In this document: positions 50,501 through 61,186 of the stretch, piece by piece
Position numbering within the stretch: position 1 is the stretch's first letter
How the letters are laid out: every line of letters begins with the position of its first letter
Assembly: GCA_905178155.1 (NCBI GenBank)
Contig: CAJINV010000003.1
Coordinates: forward strand, 4,871,863-4,935,862
Source of the DNA: Amoebophrya sp. A120
Lineage: Eukaryota > Protista > Dinoflagellata
Direction: 5' to 3'
Length of the DNA: 64,000 nt
The notes under the pieces: generated by a model
Databases searched by the model: none
Told to the model about the DNA's origin: nothing
What the model saw: the letters and a program-made list of their open reading frames with translations, nothing else
Made by a program: the position numbers and the translations under genes

Positions 50501-53500
50501 AGTGACCGCACACCCGGCGCGGTCTCCTCCAGCCCGTCCACCTTTGCGGCCAGCAGGTTCTGTTCCAGGAAGTGGACGCGCACCCGGATCCGCAGGTCCA
50601 GCAGCATGGGGCCGTACTCGACTAGGACATGACGGTCGCCCTGCATGCGCACGGCGATCCCCGGATGCTGGTGCCCGTCGGCGGCACCGCCCGCATTCCC
50701 AGCATCGTTCTCTACTGTTTTGCTCTTGTACAAAACGGCGGTGTTCTCCAGCGCAAAGGTCTCCTCGTCGAACGCCGGGAACAGCAGCTCGCTGAGCTTC
50801 GGTCGGGGAACAATCGACGCGTCGAACCCCGTGAAGGGGCGCAGGTGCTTCACCAGGAAGTCCTGACTGATCCGTTCCCGCATCGCTTTCTCCAGGTCCC
50901 ACAGATGAAATTGCACCGAGTCGCCGGCTTTCACCTGCCCGATCTTCCACAGCTCGCTCTGGCAGATGGTGATGGGGCAAACAAACCCCCCGAGACTCGG
51001 GCCGTCGTGCGCAATGATGATGGGCATGTCGCCGGTGAAGTTGATGGTCCCCACCGCGTACTCTTCGTCGTGGATGTTCGAAGGATGGGACCCGCCCTCG
51101 CCGCCGTCCGGCCGGGCCCAGGTGGGTTTCGGCCCGTTCAACCGGATTCCGAGCCGGTTGCTGTTGTGGTGGACTTTCCATTCCGTGGCGTGCAGCATCT
51201 CAATGTCCTCCTTCAGCATGAAGTCTGGGCTGGCGCGCGGCCCCGGCAGCACACCAATCTTCCAACTGCTGCTATACTTCGGCCAGTTCTCCTCGGGGAG
51301 GTATTTCGCTAGTGCCAGCGGTTGATGTTCCGTTTCCAATCCGGCCGATGTTCTTGTCGCAGCAGAAGTACTAGTCGGGGAGGTCGTGCAAAGAACCGTC
51401 TTTTCGGCCTCGTCCGCGAGCGGCACCATGTCGCCCTTTTTCAGACTGCGGCCACGAAAGCCCCCAAATTCGCCGTTCACGAACGTCGACCGGCTTCCCA
51501 AGTAGAGCGGCACTTGGATACCTCCGGAAAACGCAATGTACCCTCTGGCGCCGTCAAACTGGGGCGGCTTTGCGGAGCTGTAGCGCGAAATGTTCAGGAC
51601 ATCGCCCTTGTTAAGGCGAAACTGAGAGAATTGCGGGTAGTACGTCGCGTCCGCACCGGCCTCCGTTACTTTCACTACGCAGTCCGGCCCCGTGACGGCG
51701 CAGAGTACGTTGTCGCGCCACATTTTCAGAGTAGGGCCACGGACCGTGAGGAACTCGAGCACGCCGTCTTCTTCCGCGTTGCCCACGAGCGAATTCGCCA
51801 GCCGCGACGACAGGTGATCAAAACTTCCCGAGGGCGGCACCCCAATGCGCCACAGGCCCGCGCCACAACGTCCAGGAAAGTCCTGCACCGCGACGTCCAC
51901 ACCGGGATCGAGCACTTCAAAGTACGCTGCCTTGTACGCCTCTCGGATGAACTTCGGAAAGGTCGTCTGACAGAAAGTCAAACCTTTCACAAAATCCGGC
52001 GACAGAAGAAACTGGCGCAAAACATGGAGGTTGTGCGTGACGCCCGCAATGTTGCAGCCATCTAAGGCACTTCGCAACTGGCGGATGCACTCGAAGCGCG
52101 TCGGTGCGTGCTGCAGAACCTTCACCAAGAGCGGGTCGTAGCTAGAAGGCACCGTGGCTCCCCGCTGAAAGCTCGTTTCGAAACGCAAATGCCCACTGTG
52201 CGCATTCAGCAGATCGACCGGTCCTAGCGAGAAATCCTGTAAAACCCCGGAGCTCGGCTTGTAATCGTGCAGGCAGTCTTCCGCGTACACGCGCACCTGG
52301 ATCGCGTGGCCGGTCGGCGCGGAGAAGAAATTTTGCAAGACAGTGCTTTGAAAAAGCGCGGACCGTTCGGTCCCGCCGTGCTCCGCTTGCAGAATCATCC
52401 ACTCCACGAGGTCCAAATTACCGTGCACCATCTCCGACACCCCGTGCTCCACTTGCAAACGGGTGTTCACTTCCAGGAAAAAGTACTTCTTCGTCTGCTC
52501 GTCGAAAATGAATTCCACTGTGCCGGCGGACTCGTATGCCACGGAGGCCCCGAGCCGCACCGCGTGGGCGAGGTATCCACAGCAAATTTCCTGTACACGT
52601 ACAAATGCGGTCGCTGCATGGCAAAACTTGGCTTCGATCCTAGTTTAGCACGACAAGTTTCACACTCCAAATTGGGGAAATTTGTGATGCGTCTTGTACA
52701 TGTACGGGAAATTTGTATTGCATACGAGGAGTTCCGTGCGCACCGAATGGGGTAGACTAGGGCTGGGGGTTTCCTCCACCACCTTCTGGTTGCGCCGTTG
52801 CACGGAGCACTCGCGCTCGCCCAAATGGGCCACCTTCTCCTTCCCGTCCCCAAAAATTTGCACTTCAATGTGGCGCCCCTGCTCGACGTACTTCTCCAGC
52901 AGCAGGTTCTTCTCGCCGAAAAACTTCCCCGCCAGCGTCTGTGCGGCTTCGAACGCGGGGCGCATCTCGCTCTCCGACCGAACCACGGTCATTCCGATAC
53001 CGCCACCGCCGCCCGTCGGCTTCAGAATTACCGGATAGCCGCCAACTTTCTCGGCGTACGCGCACGCCTCGTCCACGCTGGCCAGCAGTGGAGACCCCTC
53101 GCTAACGGGCACACCACAGGCAACCGCAGCCTAAAAGGTCAACGATTTTTGCGAGAATTAATGCGTGAACAAGAAGAGTTTACAAAGAAACAGCAGTTGA
53201 AAAATTGAAAACCGAATGAAATGTTGTAGGTTTAGACCAGGTGGCAATTTTTAGTCTGTTTGTCATCGTCTGCCGTTGGTGAAAAATGCAGCGATGGTGG
53301 TGCTGTTTTATTTCCCGGAAACATTTTTATGCCGGAATAAACTACTTATTTCTGCACGTTCATGAAAAACTCGACTTAGCGATAATACCTCCCGCGCCTT
53401 ATCTTTCAACCCGAAAGTCTCCATGGATCGGACATCGGGGCCAACCCAAAGGAGCCCACTATTTAGCACCTGTTTCGCGAAAGTTGGGTTCTCAGACAGA

Positions 53501-54016
53501 ATATCAAATGCAAAAATGTCTGGGTCTGGAAGATTCGGGGAGTTTGTCATGCACAATTGTACATGACCCATGATGCCTGTGATGCATGCCGTAGCATCAC
53601 AGTTCTCGCAAAGCCTTGGCAATGCCTATTCTGCATGAGAAATGCCCTCTCCGGGTGGCAAAAATTCAAGCAGCTTTTGCTGCTCATGCAATACAGATTT
53701 TTCTATCGTCGACAGGTAGCATCACAAATCCCATTCTTTCCAGACCCAGACATTTTTGCAATCCATACAGAAACCCATACCCCGGGTGGATGGCGTCGGC
53801 ACCGGCTTTTTTGGCCACCCCCAGAATGGCCTCCGCATCGGTGTAGCTCGGCACCTCATGGCATTCATCTAGCTGTTCGCGATGCAGACTCTGTGCATCG
53901 GGCGATGCGTAAATGCCCACCGCTTTGATGCCCAACTTTCGGCAGGTCCGCGCGATGCGCAGAGCGCACTCCGACCGATTGGCGATCAGCAGCGTACTAA
54001 TCTTTGCGTCGGACAT
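47593..54016 (-). CDS. Urea amidolyase-like fusion: urea carboxylase (BC-CT-BCCP) followed by allophanate hydrolase amidase domain, ~1912 aa, four exons
   Basis: Exons 54016-53769, 53497-53389, 53130-52726, 52569-47593. BC: LLIANRSE, HPGYGFLSEN, GGGGIGM, ERECSVQRRNQKVVEE, FLEVNTRLQVEH. CT: HPSNIHD, DGPSLGGF, TKMNPART, PGGYQLVGRT. Biotinyl-Lys EAMKME. AH: KDNYDV, GKTNLDQFATGLVGTRSP, GGSSSGS, GTDTAGSGRVPA, TNFMNLLD. Confidence 0.93.
52570..52725 (-). mobile_element. 156-bp inverted-repeat introner-like non-canonical intron with 3-bp (CTC) duplication
   Basis: 32-bp TIR with 26/32 matches (52573-52604 vs 52694-52725). Minus strand reads CTC|GTATG...GATAC CTC|GCC. It contains an in-frame stop. 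Removal gives RTELLAHAVRLG. Confidence 0.85.
53498..53768 (-). mobile_element. 271-bp inverted-repeat introner-like non-canonical intron (GT...CT) with 3-bp (TCT) duplication
   Basis: Perfect 23-bp IR tgcaaaaatgtctgggtctggaa (53509-53531) / 53738-53760, within a 31-bp TIR (27/31). Direct repeat acagaa at 53496-53501 and 53767-53772. Removal restores HPGYGFL-SENP. Confidence 0.9.
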
Positions 54017-55060
54017 GATTTTCGCTTTTATGCTACTGCCAGTGTGGTCAACTACCGACACTTACTACAGGTACAAGTAGTCAGCCTCGTTTGATAAAAG
54101 TCGAGGCTTGGGAGATAAAAATCCAGAGATTTTTGCCACTAGGCGACCCGTATTTCTAACGTCTACAGGGACTTACAGCGAACAAAAACCCAAAGTAGGC
54201 CCTACAACATTTTATGGTGGTACTACATGATCGCATCATGATGATGAAAACTCCAAATCGAATTCCCAAATCGTTGCTTTGTACCGGCGCTTATGAAGAT
54301 CGATTGAGAAACGTAGACCTCTCGAGGTAGAGCATCGATGGCCATTGATCACCTTGCTAAAAGGGCGCTTTCAAGCACGCTAGAGACGCGTAGATCGCGA
54401 AAAGGTGGTATCCGTCTCCGTCAAAAGTATACGAAGCTTGCGAAGATGGTCGACGAGGAAAATGTAACTACTACTTTGGAAGATTTTTGCTGCAAAAAAG
54501 TAAAAGATCTCTTACTTGACGCGTTTTTTGCTGCAATAAATCGCCGGTGGGCATCCATCAAGAGCCGACCGTGAAGTAGAGGTAGACGCACCCTTACTCT
54601 CGAACCGACACTTCAATTTCTTCGCTGGCTGTACAACTTAAACTGAAGCCTATTCAATGATGAAAATCACCCAACGTGATCGCAGACCGTCGAGCCCTTT
54701 TCTGTTTTCGCCCCGATTCTTTTTTGCTGTTTATTCAGGACAAAACCGTCTACCTGGAAGTTGTGACGTGTTGGGAAACCCGACCATGACAACATGGACT
54801 CGAGGCTGAACGCACCAGCATCGATGAAGAAGCTCATCCCTCCCGTACAGACCGATTGCCAACGTTGATTCAGGCGCGACTCGATACACTACAATCCCAC
54901 GGTTACAATAAGCAGATGCATTGCTGTTTCATGAGCGAGGATCAAGATGACTAGCATCATCTATCACCATCAGTTTCGATAGCCTGCAACAACAGATGAA
55001 AACATACGATCCATCATGCCCTTTGTCTGCATGCAATTTGCCTCCACTACGACGGACTAT

Positions 55061-55759
55061 TTATCTTCGCAGCGCAAGTTCAGTTGGACATATCCGAGAA
55101 ATCGATGTTGAATACCTTACAGATCCGCAACTTACTAAACTAGACTCTTCAAGTAATTCCGCCAGCCGCCGAAGTGAGAGATGTGGCGAGCCTTTTTTGC
55201 GATCACGTTGTACTCGTCGGTGCGAAACCCATGAAGAATTTCTCCGGTCTCGAGCTCGATGCATCATACAGAAAAAAGCTAGCAGACCACACCGGTACGG
55301 CAAAAAAAGTCGACCGAAAAATCTGCCACGGGCGGTGCGCCTATAGTGTGCTTGTTCATATACGCACTGCCTTTGCAGAAGCAGATTTTCATTTTTTTGC
55401 GTGTTTATTTTTGCATCTTCACAAATGTGACCTGCTAGGGGCTTTCTCCTGTGGGATATGATGTGACCAATACTAAGCGGCGGCGGGACCATGGCGAGGA
55501 ACCGACCCGCTTCTGCGACGGGAACATTCCAGACCTCGACGGTTAGCTGCGCGGCCTCCTTCTCGGACGGATTCACCTGGATCAGACCTGGCTTCTTCTC
55601 ACTTTCAAACGCATACAGCTGATACTTTTTGGCCGTCTGTGCCTCTTTCACAAACACCGCCCTGCGGTCTTGTAGTTGCCAATTCAACGGAAGGCCGCGC
55701 ATGTGTGCACCCACCGCAACCATGGGTAGGTACTCTGGATCCTTTGCTTTCGGCGAGGC
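55061..55759 (-). CDS. Exon/ORF encoding the allophanate hydrolase C-terminal domain (3' end diverged; could be a remnant)
   Basis: VAVGAHMRGLPLNWQL...QTAKKYQLYA...KPGL...VEVWNVP....RFLAMVPPPLSIG-x11-GHICE matches the AH C-domain. Preceded by acceptor-like tttctttcag at 55760. The terminal (F)GGW motif was not found. Confidence 0.7.
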   Translation of the reverse strand, partial: ASPKAKDPEYLPMVAVGAHMRGLPLNWQLQDRRAVFVKEAQTAKKYQLYAFESEKKPGLIQVNPSEKEAAQLTVEVWNVPVAEAGRFLAMVPPPLSIGHIISHRRKPLAGHICEDAKINTQKNENLLLQRQCVYEQAHYRRTARGRFFGRLFLPYRCGLLAFFCMMHRARDRRNSSWVSHRRVQRDRKKGSPHLSLRRLAELLEESSLVSCGSVRYSTSISRICPTELALRR

Positions 55760-57731
55760 CTGAAAGAAACTGGCTACTCCGTCAAAACACCTCGCGCAAG
55801 TACCTTCCATGATTTTTCTATAGCGTCCCTTTCTCAAAAGCTTAAACTGCGTACCAGTCTGCTTAAAACATCGATTCGTCGTATCTACAGATGGGATTCA
55901 TGGCGTAAATCTGAATACGAAGATGAACAGTACACCTACACAGGAACCATAAAATAAAGCGCAACAGTTCACACGTCGAATCGTTACGATAGCATGACCT
56001 TGTGACAACATTCTTGTCAGTCAGAGCAAATTCTCGAGCTAGATCTTCCAGATCTTCATTGCAATCAGGCCACAAACCGATCATGTTCTCATCGAAAAAG
56101 TACTCGTTGCCGTGTTTGAGACTTTTTGCCGTGAACCCGAACTCTGTCCTGGTGGCTCTGCGTCTCTCCAAGACGCAGTGCGTTCCAACTTTTCGCCGCT
56201 TGCTACACGATCAGTGAATGTTGATCTAAACCAGACCAGTAGGCTGATTAAACGGAGAAAAATACTTTCTTTTTCTTTTCGTTTTCCATGACTCACGTGC
56301 TCACAACTACGGTCACAGTCATCAGATTCGGAGGGAGTACTCCATTGCCCTCATCACCATCATCATCATCATCATCATCCATCCTGCGTGGGGGCTTAAA
56401 TCGATACTGCGTCAGCCAGAGCACTCGAGGTTTGTCGTATTTCGATTTTTTCGGCTTCATCACCAGTACCGCTAAACAAAATGCTCATCCAAATCCAAGC
56501 TCCTTCAGCATAGCTTCAACGTTCTGCCTCCAGTCTTCGACGTTGCCTCCAGGTTCGACATCAGTATCAACCGGAAAAGCACTAAACCCCTACTCCATTA
56601 TACTAAGATTAGAGTGATCTCGCGTCTTTTTTTCATCATTTCACAGGGGATGCATATGCTCAGGCCGGCAGCATAGCAACTGTTCTGGTCATCATACAAT
56701 CCTTAGAGCATCGCCTTGTTCACGTTGTGATGCAAATCACGCCTAGACGCGTTGACAAAGCGCAGCCGAAGGTAGCACAGCCAACCACATCCGCAGCCCC
56801 CGTAATTGTGAAATAGTACCATCGAAATCGAGTGCGAGTAGTACTACAGATAATTCACATATAATGAGGGAGCAGAGTCAGGCGCTTCGTGATAATTCGC
56901 GAACCCTGCAGCACCAAGGCCACCATCGTCGTGGTGGCGAAGCGACGGGGCAGCAGGCTGCAAGCCTACCCGCACGGTCTCCTTTTTTTTGTTGCTCCGC
57001 CTTCCCGGTTCGTTTCGCGGGAGATTTAAAAACGAAAAGTCTTGCCGCCCTCTGATTTCTCTTTATATCAATTTATGGAACAACGACGCAAAGCATCATC
57101 GAGTGTACTGCGTAAGTACCTGCGAGACGCCCCGGCAGTTTTATTGTCCATCCAGAAAATGCAAATCAATGCTGCTCCACAATCACAACTATGATTCCGC
57201 CAAGCATGCAAGAGGATGCGCCGCGATTCGAATTACTGTATATGAGGCTTGGGAAATCCGAGGCGGGCGAGCGAAAATTCGACTGCCTTGCATAACGGTT
57301 GTAAAGTCAAAACGTATTTGTCCGTCAGCATTCCCCTGCGGGAACCTTTCTCAATTTGAAAACACCTCGAGCCCAACAAGAAAACAGCAAAACACTGGGA
57401 GGTAAGCATATACTTACGCTTCTGTTCTTATGGTTCTTTCACAGATCATTATCATCCCATGCCACGCACGTGCACCAAGTTACAGGTACTGTGCCAGGCC
57501 CAGGCATTGGCCTACGCCTAGCTTGGCGTGTGCGCCTGCATTAAATTAAGACCTTCTGCTTGTACCGCATCTCTTTGAGTTGAATTTTCGTATGCAAGGA
57601 GTGGCCGCTGATACGTATGCGCGCATTCTCTCCGTTTAGGGCCTGAACAACTGAGTATGCGCGCGCGACGAGCATCATCCAGACACAACGCGCGGAACCA
57701 TACTGTTTTCTTGGAAGTGTTTGAGAGTGTT

Positions 57732-58163
57732 TCAAATATCATAATTTAGGGGCACGCCCTCCCCGCCAGGATTGGGAGGCTCTGTGGTTTTCGACGCGAT
57801 AGCAGGATTCACGATAACACCACGGCCACCAACGGAAGCGCCTACACCCGGCACTGCTTCCTGATTTGTTGCTACATTCTCTTCGTTTGTCCGGGGCGGG
57901 GCCTGCGCAGGTGCAGTTTCTTTTCCTTGTTTTTTGAGAATTGCCTGCAGCCTCTTCGCGCGTCCGGTCCTCCTCTCGAGTTCGGCGCGAGCCCTCCTGG
58001 CCCTCTCCCGATTATAAAACAGGTCTCGCCTCTCCATCTTCCGTTTGATCGCTGCAGCGCGGCGCGCACGCTCCGTGTCCCTGCACATGGCGATCAGAAG
58101 TCCTGCAACCACAACCGCCGCGACGCTGAGAACTCTATCACGGAGAAAAATGCACGAACCCAA
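57732..58163 (-). CDS. Small hypothetical protein with N-terminal TM segment and basic coiled coil
   Basis: VLSVAAVVVAGLLIAM followed by an R/K/E-rich helix. Start codon uncertain. Confidence 0.4.
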   Translation of the reverse strand: MGSCIFLRDRVLSVAAVVVAGLLIAMCRDTERARRAAAIKRKMERRDLFYNRERARRARAELERRTGRAKRLQAILKKQGKETAPAQAPPRTNEENVATNQEAVPGVGASVGGRGVIVNPAIASKTTEPPNPGGEGVPLNYDI

Positions 58164-58457
58164 ACGTTTCAGCGCAGCATTTCTGATTTTACAAGACGTT
58201 CATGATGTACTCTTGCTTTAGCCTTCGCTACAATTGCACGCGACTGAGTAAGTACTAGAATGATTGCGGGACAAGCCACAGTTCGTATGCAGATACACTC
58301 TGAGGCGTTCTCACATGTGTAGTTGCTCGCCTTGCATGTCATTCTCTTTCTCAATCTATCAATCCAATACAAAAAATGCCGGCAGCTTGACACGACAGCA
58401 AAATCATCTTGGTTTGAGCGTACAAGGCTACGCACCGAGGGCGTGACTTTCATTCTT

Positions 58458-59186
58458 TCATCTTCTCGGATAAATCGCGACCAAGACGATAGACGCCAGC
58501 TTCTGCGGTTCGCGGTTATCTTCTGTGCAGCATCCCTTGTCTACTTGGTCGCTGGAAAGCCGGCCGGAGAAGACAGGCGGTAGTCGAGCAGTCCTCTCAC
58601 CGGCGTCACGCGCAGCGGACGAGTCCTGTGCTGCTACTGGTTTGGGAACAACGGCTGCGCTACCGGGATGTGCTTGTCTCACGGCCAGTGATTCATGCGT
58701 TGGCAACGCATGATCTGTCTTTTCCTGGCGTTTTTTTCCGGTTGCCGCATGATCTGTCTTTTCTCCGGTTGCCGCTGTCTTTTCCTGGCGACCCATCCTG
58801 ATCCACCCGACCTCTTCGGGTGGCGGGAACGCGTCCAGAAAGTAAGACACCACCGCACGGATCGTGTGCCACCCGCGTGACAGCGTGACTTCAACTTGAG
58901 CTCGGCGAAGGTGCGGATTATTGCAGCTTAAATGACTGAGAATCTCCTCCATTATTGCTCCAAGCGAGTGGCCGTCTGCCTGTTTCGTGTCTAGTTCCCG
59001 ATCGTAATAAAACCCTGCTGCGCTAGGTCCGATGCGAAAAGAAAACCACGTTTCACGTGCGTGTGCGGGGCCTTGGTCGCTTTCATGTATTCCTACCTCT
59101 CGCATCTCTTTGTCAGCAATGCCCTGCAGTTTCTCGAGAAACTTTGCCATCTCCCAAAGCAACGTCCCGTGCAAAGACCCTCCCAT
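58458..59186 (-). CDS. Hypothetical protein (242 aa) with short internal repeat
   Basis: ATG-initiated ORF on the coding strand. RQEKT/EKTDHA repeats correspond to tandem DNA at ~58708-58791. Confidence 0.4.
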   Translation of the reverse strand: MGGSLHGTLLWEMAKFLEKLQGIADKEMREVGIHESDQGPAHARETWFSFRIGPSAAGFYYDRELDTKQADGHSLGAIMEEILSHLSCNNPHLRRAQVEVTLSRGWHTIRAVVSYFLDAFPPPEEVGWIRMGRQEKTAATGEKTDHAATGKKRQEKTDHALPTHESLAVRQAHPGSAAVVPKPVAAQDSSAARDAGERTARLPPVFSGRLSSDQVDKGCCTEDNREPQKLASIVLVAIYPRR

Positions 59187-59402
59187 CCCAAAAAAGAAAC
59201 CCGGATGTTGGTCCCCGGCTTGCGTACATCCAGCTTACTTGATGCACATGCTAGGGCGAAAGACCTTTGATTCTCAGCCAAATGCGTAGTGTTCCAATCC
59301 GGGATCATGTCTGAGTGGGAATTTAACGCGAAGCCAACCGCTGGATGCAAGGACAAATTGAGTACGCGCAGAAATTTCCTCTCAAAAAAGAAGTGTAGTA
59401 CG

Positions 59403-60464
59403 TTAGAAACTTTCTAGGTGACGGGAATCATTTTCTGAGTGGGCTTGCTTACGCGGAATATTCAACAGAGACTCCTGGTGCAGCTCGTCGACGCCATGGT
59501 GTGGCAGGAGCGCCCTATCTTGCAGCGACAGAGCGAGATATCGACGGTAGTAGTCATGATTGAGAGAGACAAACGTAGAGTCAGAGGACTGAATCGGATC
59601 ACGCCCACCTCTGGGACTCACTGCCCCTGGCAGTCCGGAATCCAGTTCGCGATGGTACTTTCGGAGAAAATTTTGTTCGCCGCTTGCAGCAAATCCATTT
59701 CCATCCAATGTAGCCAGTTGCACATGAATACGATCAAGCGGCGGTTCGCAGTGCAGACCTGGAAAGTCACCCACACGATATTCGGCGATATCTGTAGATA
59801 GCGGAGCCCACGGGCCGTACTTTTCTTCCAGTCTATCGACTTTCGCTTGAACTGCGTCCGCGTCTAAAGGAGACAACAAGCACCGACGCATGGGACCGCG
59901 TCCTTCTATCAGCGGATGCGTCGTGCGCGAACCTGGTGTGACGATGCTCAGTCGGTAGGCAGCGACGGCCATGAAATCAAGAAACCGGCGGCGACCATGC
60001 ATGAAATACGCACCCGCTAGCGCCGCACGTAAGGCAATCCCAGTCAGGGCGTCAGGAGTGTGTTGTGGCTGCACACCATCGGAACAAAACCACACGGTCC
60101 AATTCTTGATAAAGGATGCCCGGACTTTATCGGAGTTGCCTTTCCTTGGCATGAAGGTGGACGACAAGATCCGTAAGAAAACAAGCACATCCTGCCGCAT
60201 CGAGGGTTCGACCGTCAAGGCTGCACTATTAGCATCTTTCCTTTCTTTTTGATGAGTTTCAAACATTGCGTTTTCGCTGCGAAGAAAGTGAAGATGAAGA
60301 ATGTAATGGTAATCGACAGAGCTTGCAGCAAATTCAAAAAGAGCAGGATTTCTCCGCATAAAAAGCCACAAAAATCCCGTTTTCGGGATCCATTGGTCAG
60401 TTAATGGCATCAGGCACAGCAGCAAGGTCTCCAGAATCGCCTTGGTACTCATACCCCAACGCAC
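59403..60464 (-). CDS. Hypothetical protein (~350 aa)
   Basis: Long ORF on the common coding strand. No recognised motif. Confidence 0.45.
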   Translation of the reverse strand: MRWGMSTKAILETLLLCLMPLTDQWIPKTGFLWLFMRRNPALFEFAASSVDYHYILHLHFLRSENAMFETHQKERKDANSAALTVEPSMRQDVLVFLRILSSTFMPRKGNSDKVRASFIKNWTVWFCSDGVQPQHTPDALTGIALRAALAGAYFMHGRRRFLDFMAVAAYRLSIVTPGSRTTHPLIEGRGPMRRCLLSPLDADAVQAKVDRLEEKYGPWAPLSTDIAEYRVGDFPGLHCEPPLDRIHVQLATLDGNGFAASGEQNFLRKYHRELDSGLPGAVSPRGGRDPIQSSDSTFVSLNHDYYRRYLALSLQDRALLPHHGVDELHQESLLNIPRKQAHSENDSRHLESF

Positions 60465-61186
60465 TGCCGCAAAGTCGTGCAGTTGAGAAATCTCGCGATC
60501 TACTGCACTCCACGAAAAATCGTGCTGAGCAAGGCTCTGAAGGTTCGCATAAAGGATTGATTCGGCGGGTTCGAATTCGAAAGTCGTGAATGCGCGTTTC
60601 CGTGTATCAGAATGAAAGACGTGTCCTCCCCACTAAAAGGCATCGCGGGCGAAGCTTTTTGTCGCGTTCAATATCGCGGAACTCATTTTGCAGATTAGCG
60701 TGCTTGCGGGGAATCGCCGACCCAGAAGATCCGTGAAGATCTGAAACAAGAACGAATCCCCCTTTTACTTGCCAAGAAAGATCTTTGAGGTACTGACTAT
60801 GCTATTACTTGGTTACTACGTCCCTAATGGCATCATGCCTTCCGAGTTCATCTTCTCTGGATGCAGTGATTGGGACCAAGCGAATCCCTGGCTGTGCCAC
60901 GGGGCACAAAATTAGTTTTCCTGAATGGTCATGGACCTAAAGGGAGACTTGGAGTTGTTGACAAAGGAAGGAAGGAATTCAATTCCGGCGGCGTTGTCTC
61001 TCACCAGGAACCTCGCTAGACAGACGTGGAATATCAGCGAATCACGAACTGGCATCCGACTAGTGCAAGGCAGTGCGGACGTCCCCAGGCATGAGAACAA
61101 GGACAAGGCTGGTGCCCCATGGCCTAAATGACAAACTGAACGGAACGGAAACTAGGCCGGGCGGCGTACTAGTTGCCTCTTACCTA

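Noticed and set aside
55863-56620. Possible biuret hydrolase or other nitrogen-catabolic domain upstream of the AH C-domain
   Set aside because: Manual translation gave only short fragments with no cysteine-hydrolase motifs, and no gene model could be supported.
60555-60590. ggttcgaa T-loop-like motif suggesting a tRNA
   Set aside because: No cloverleaf could be built around it.
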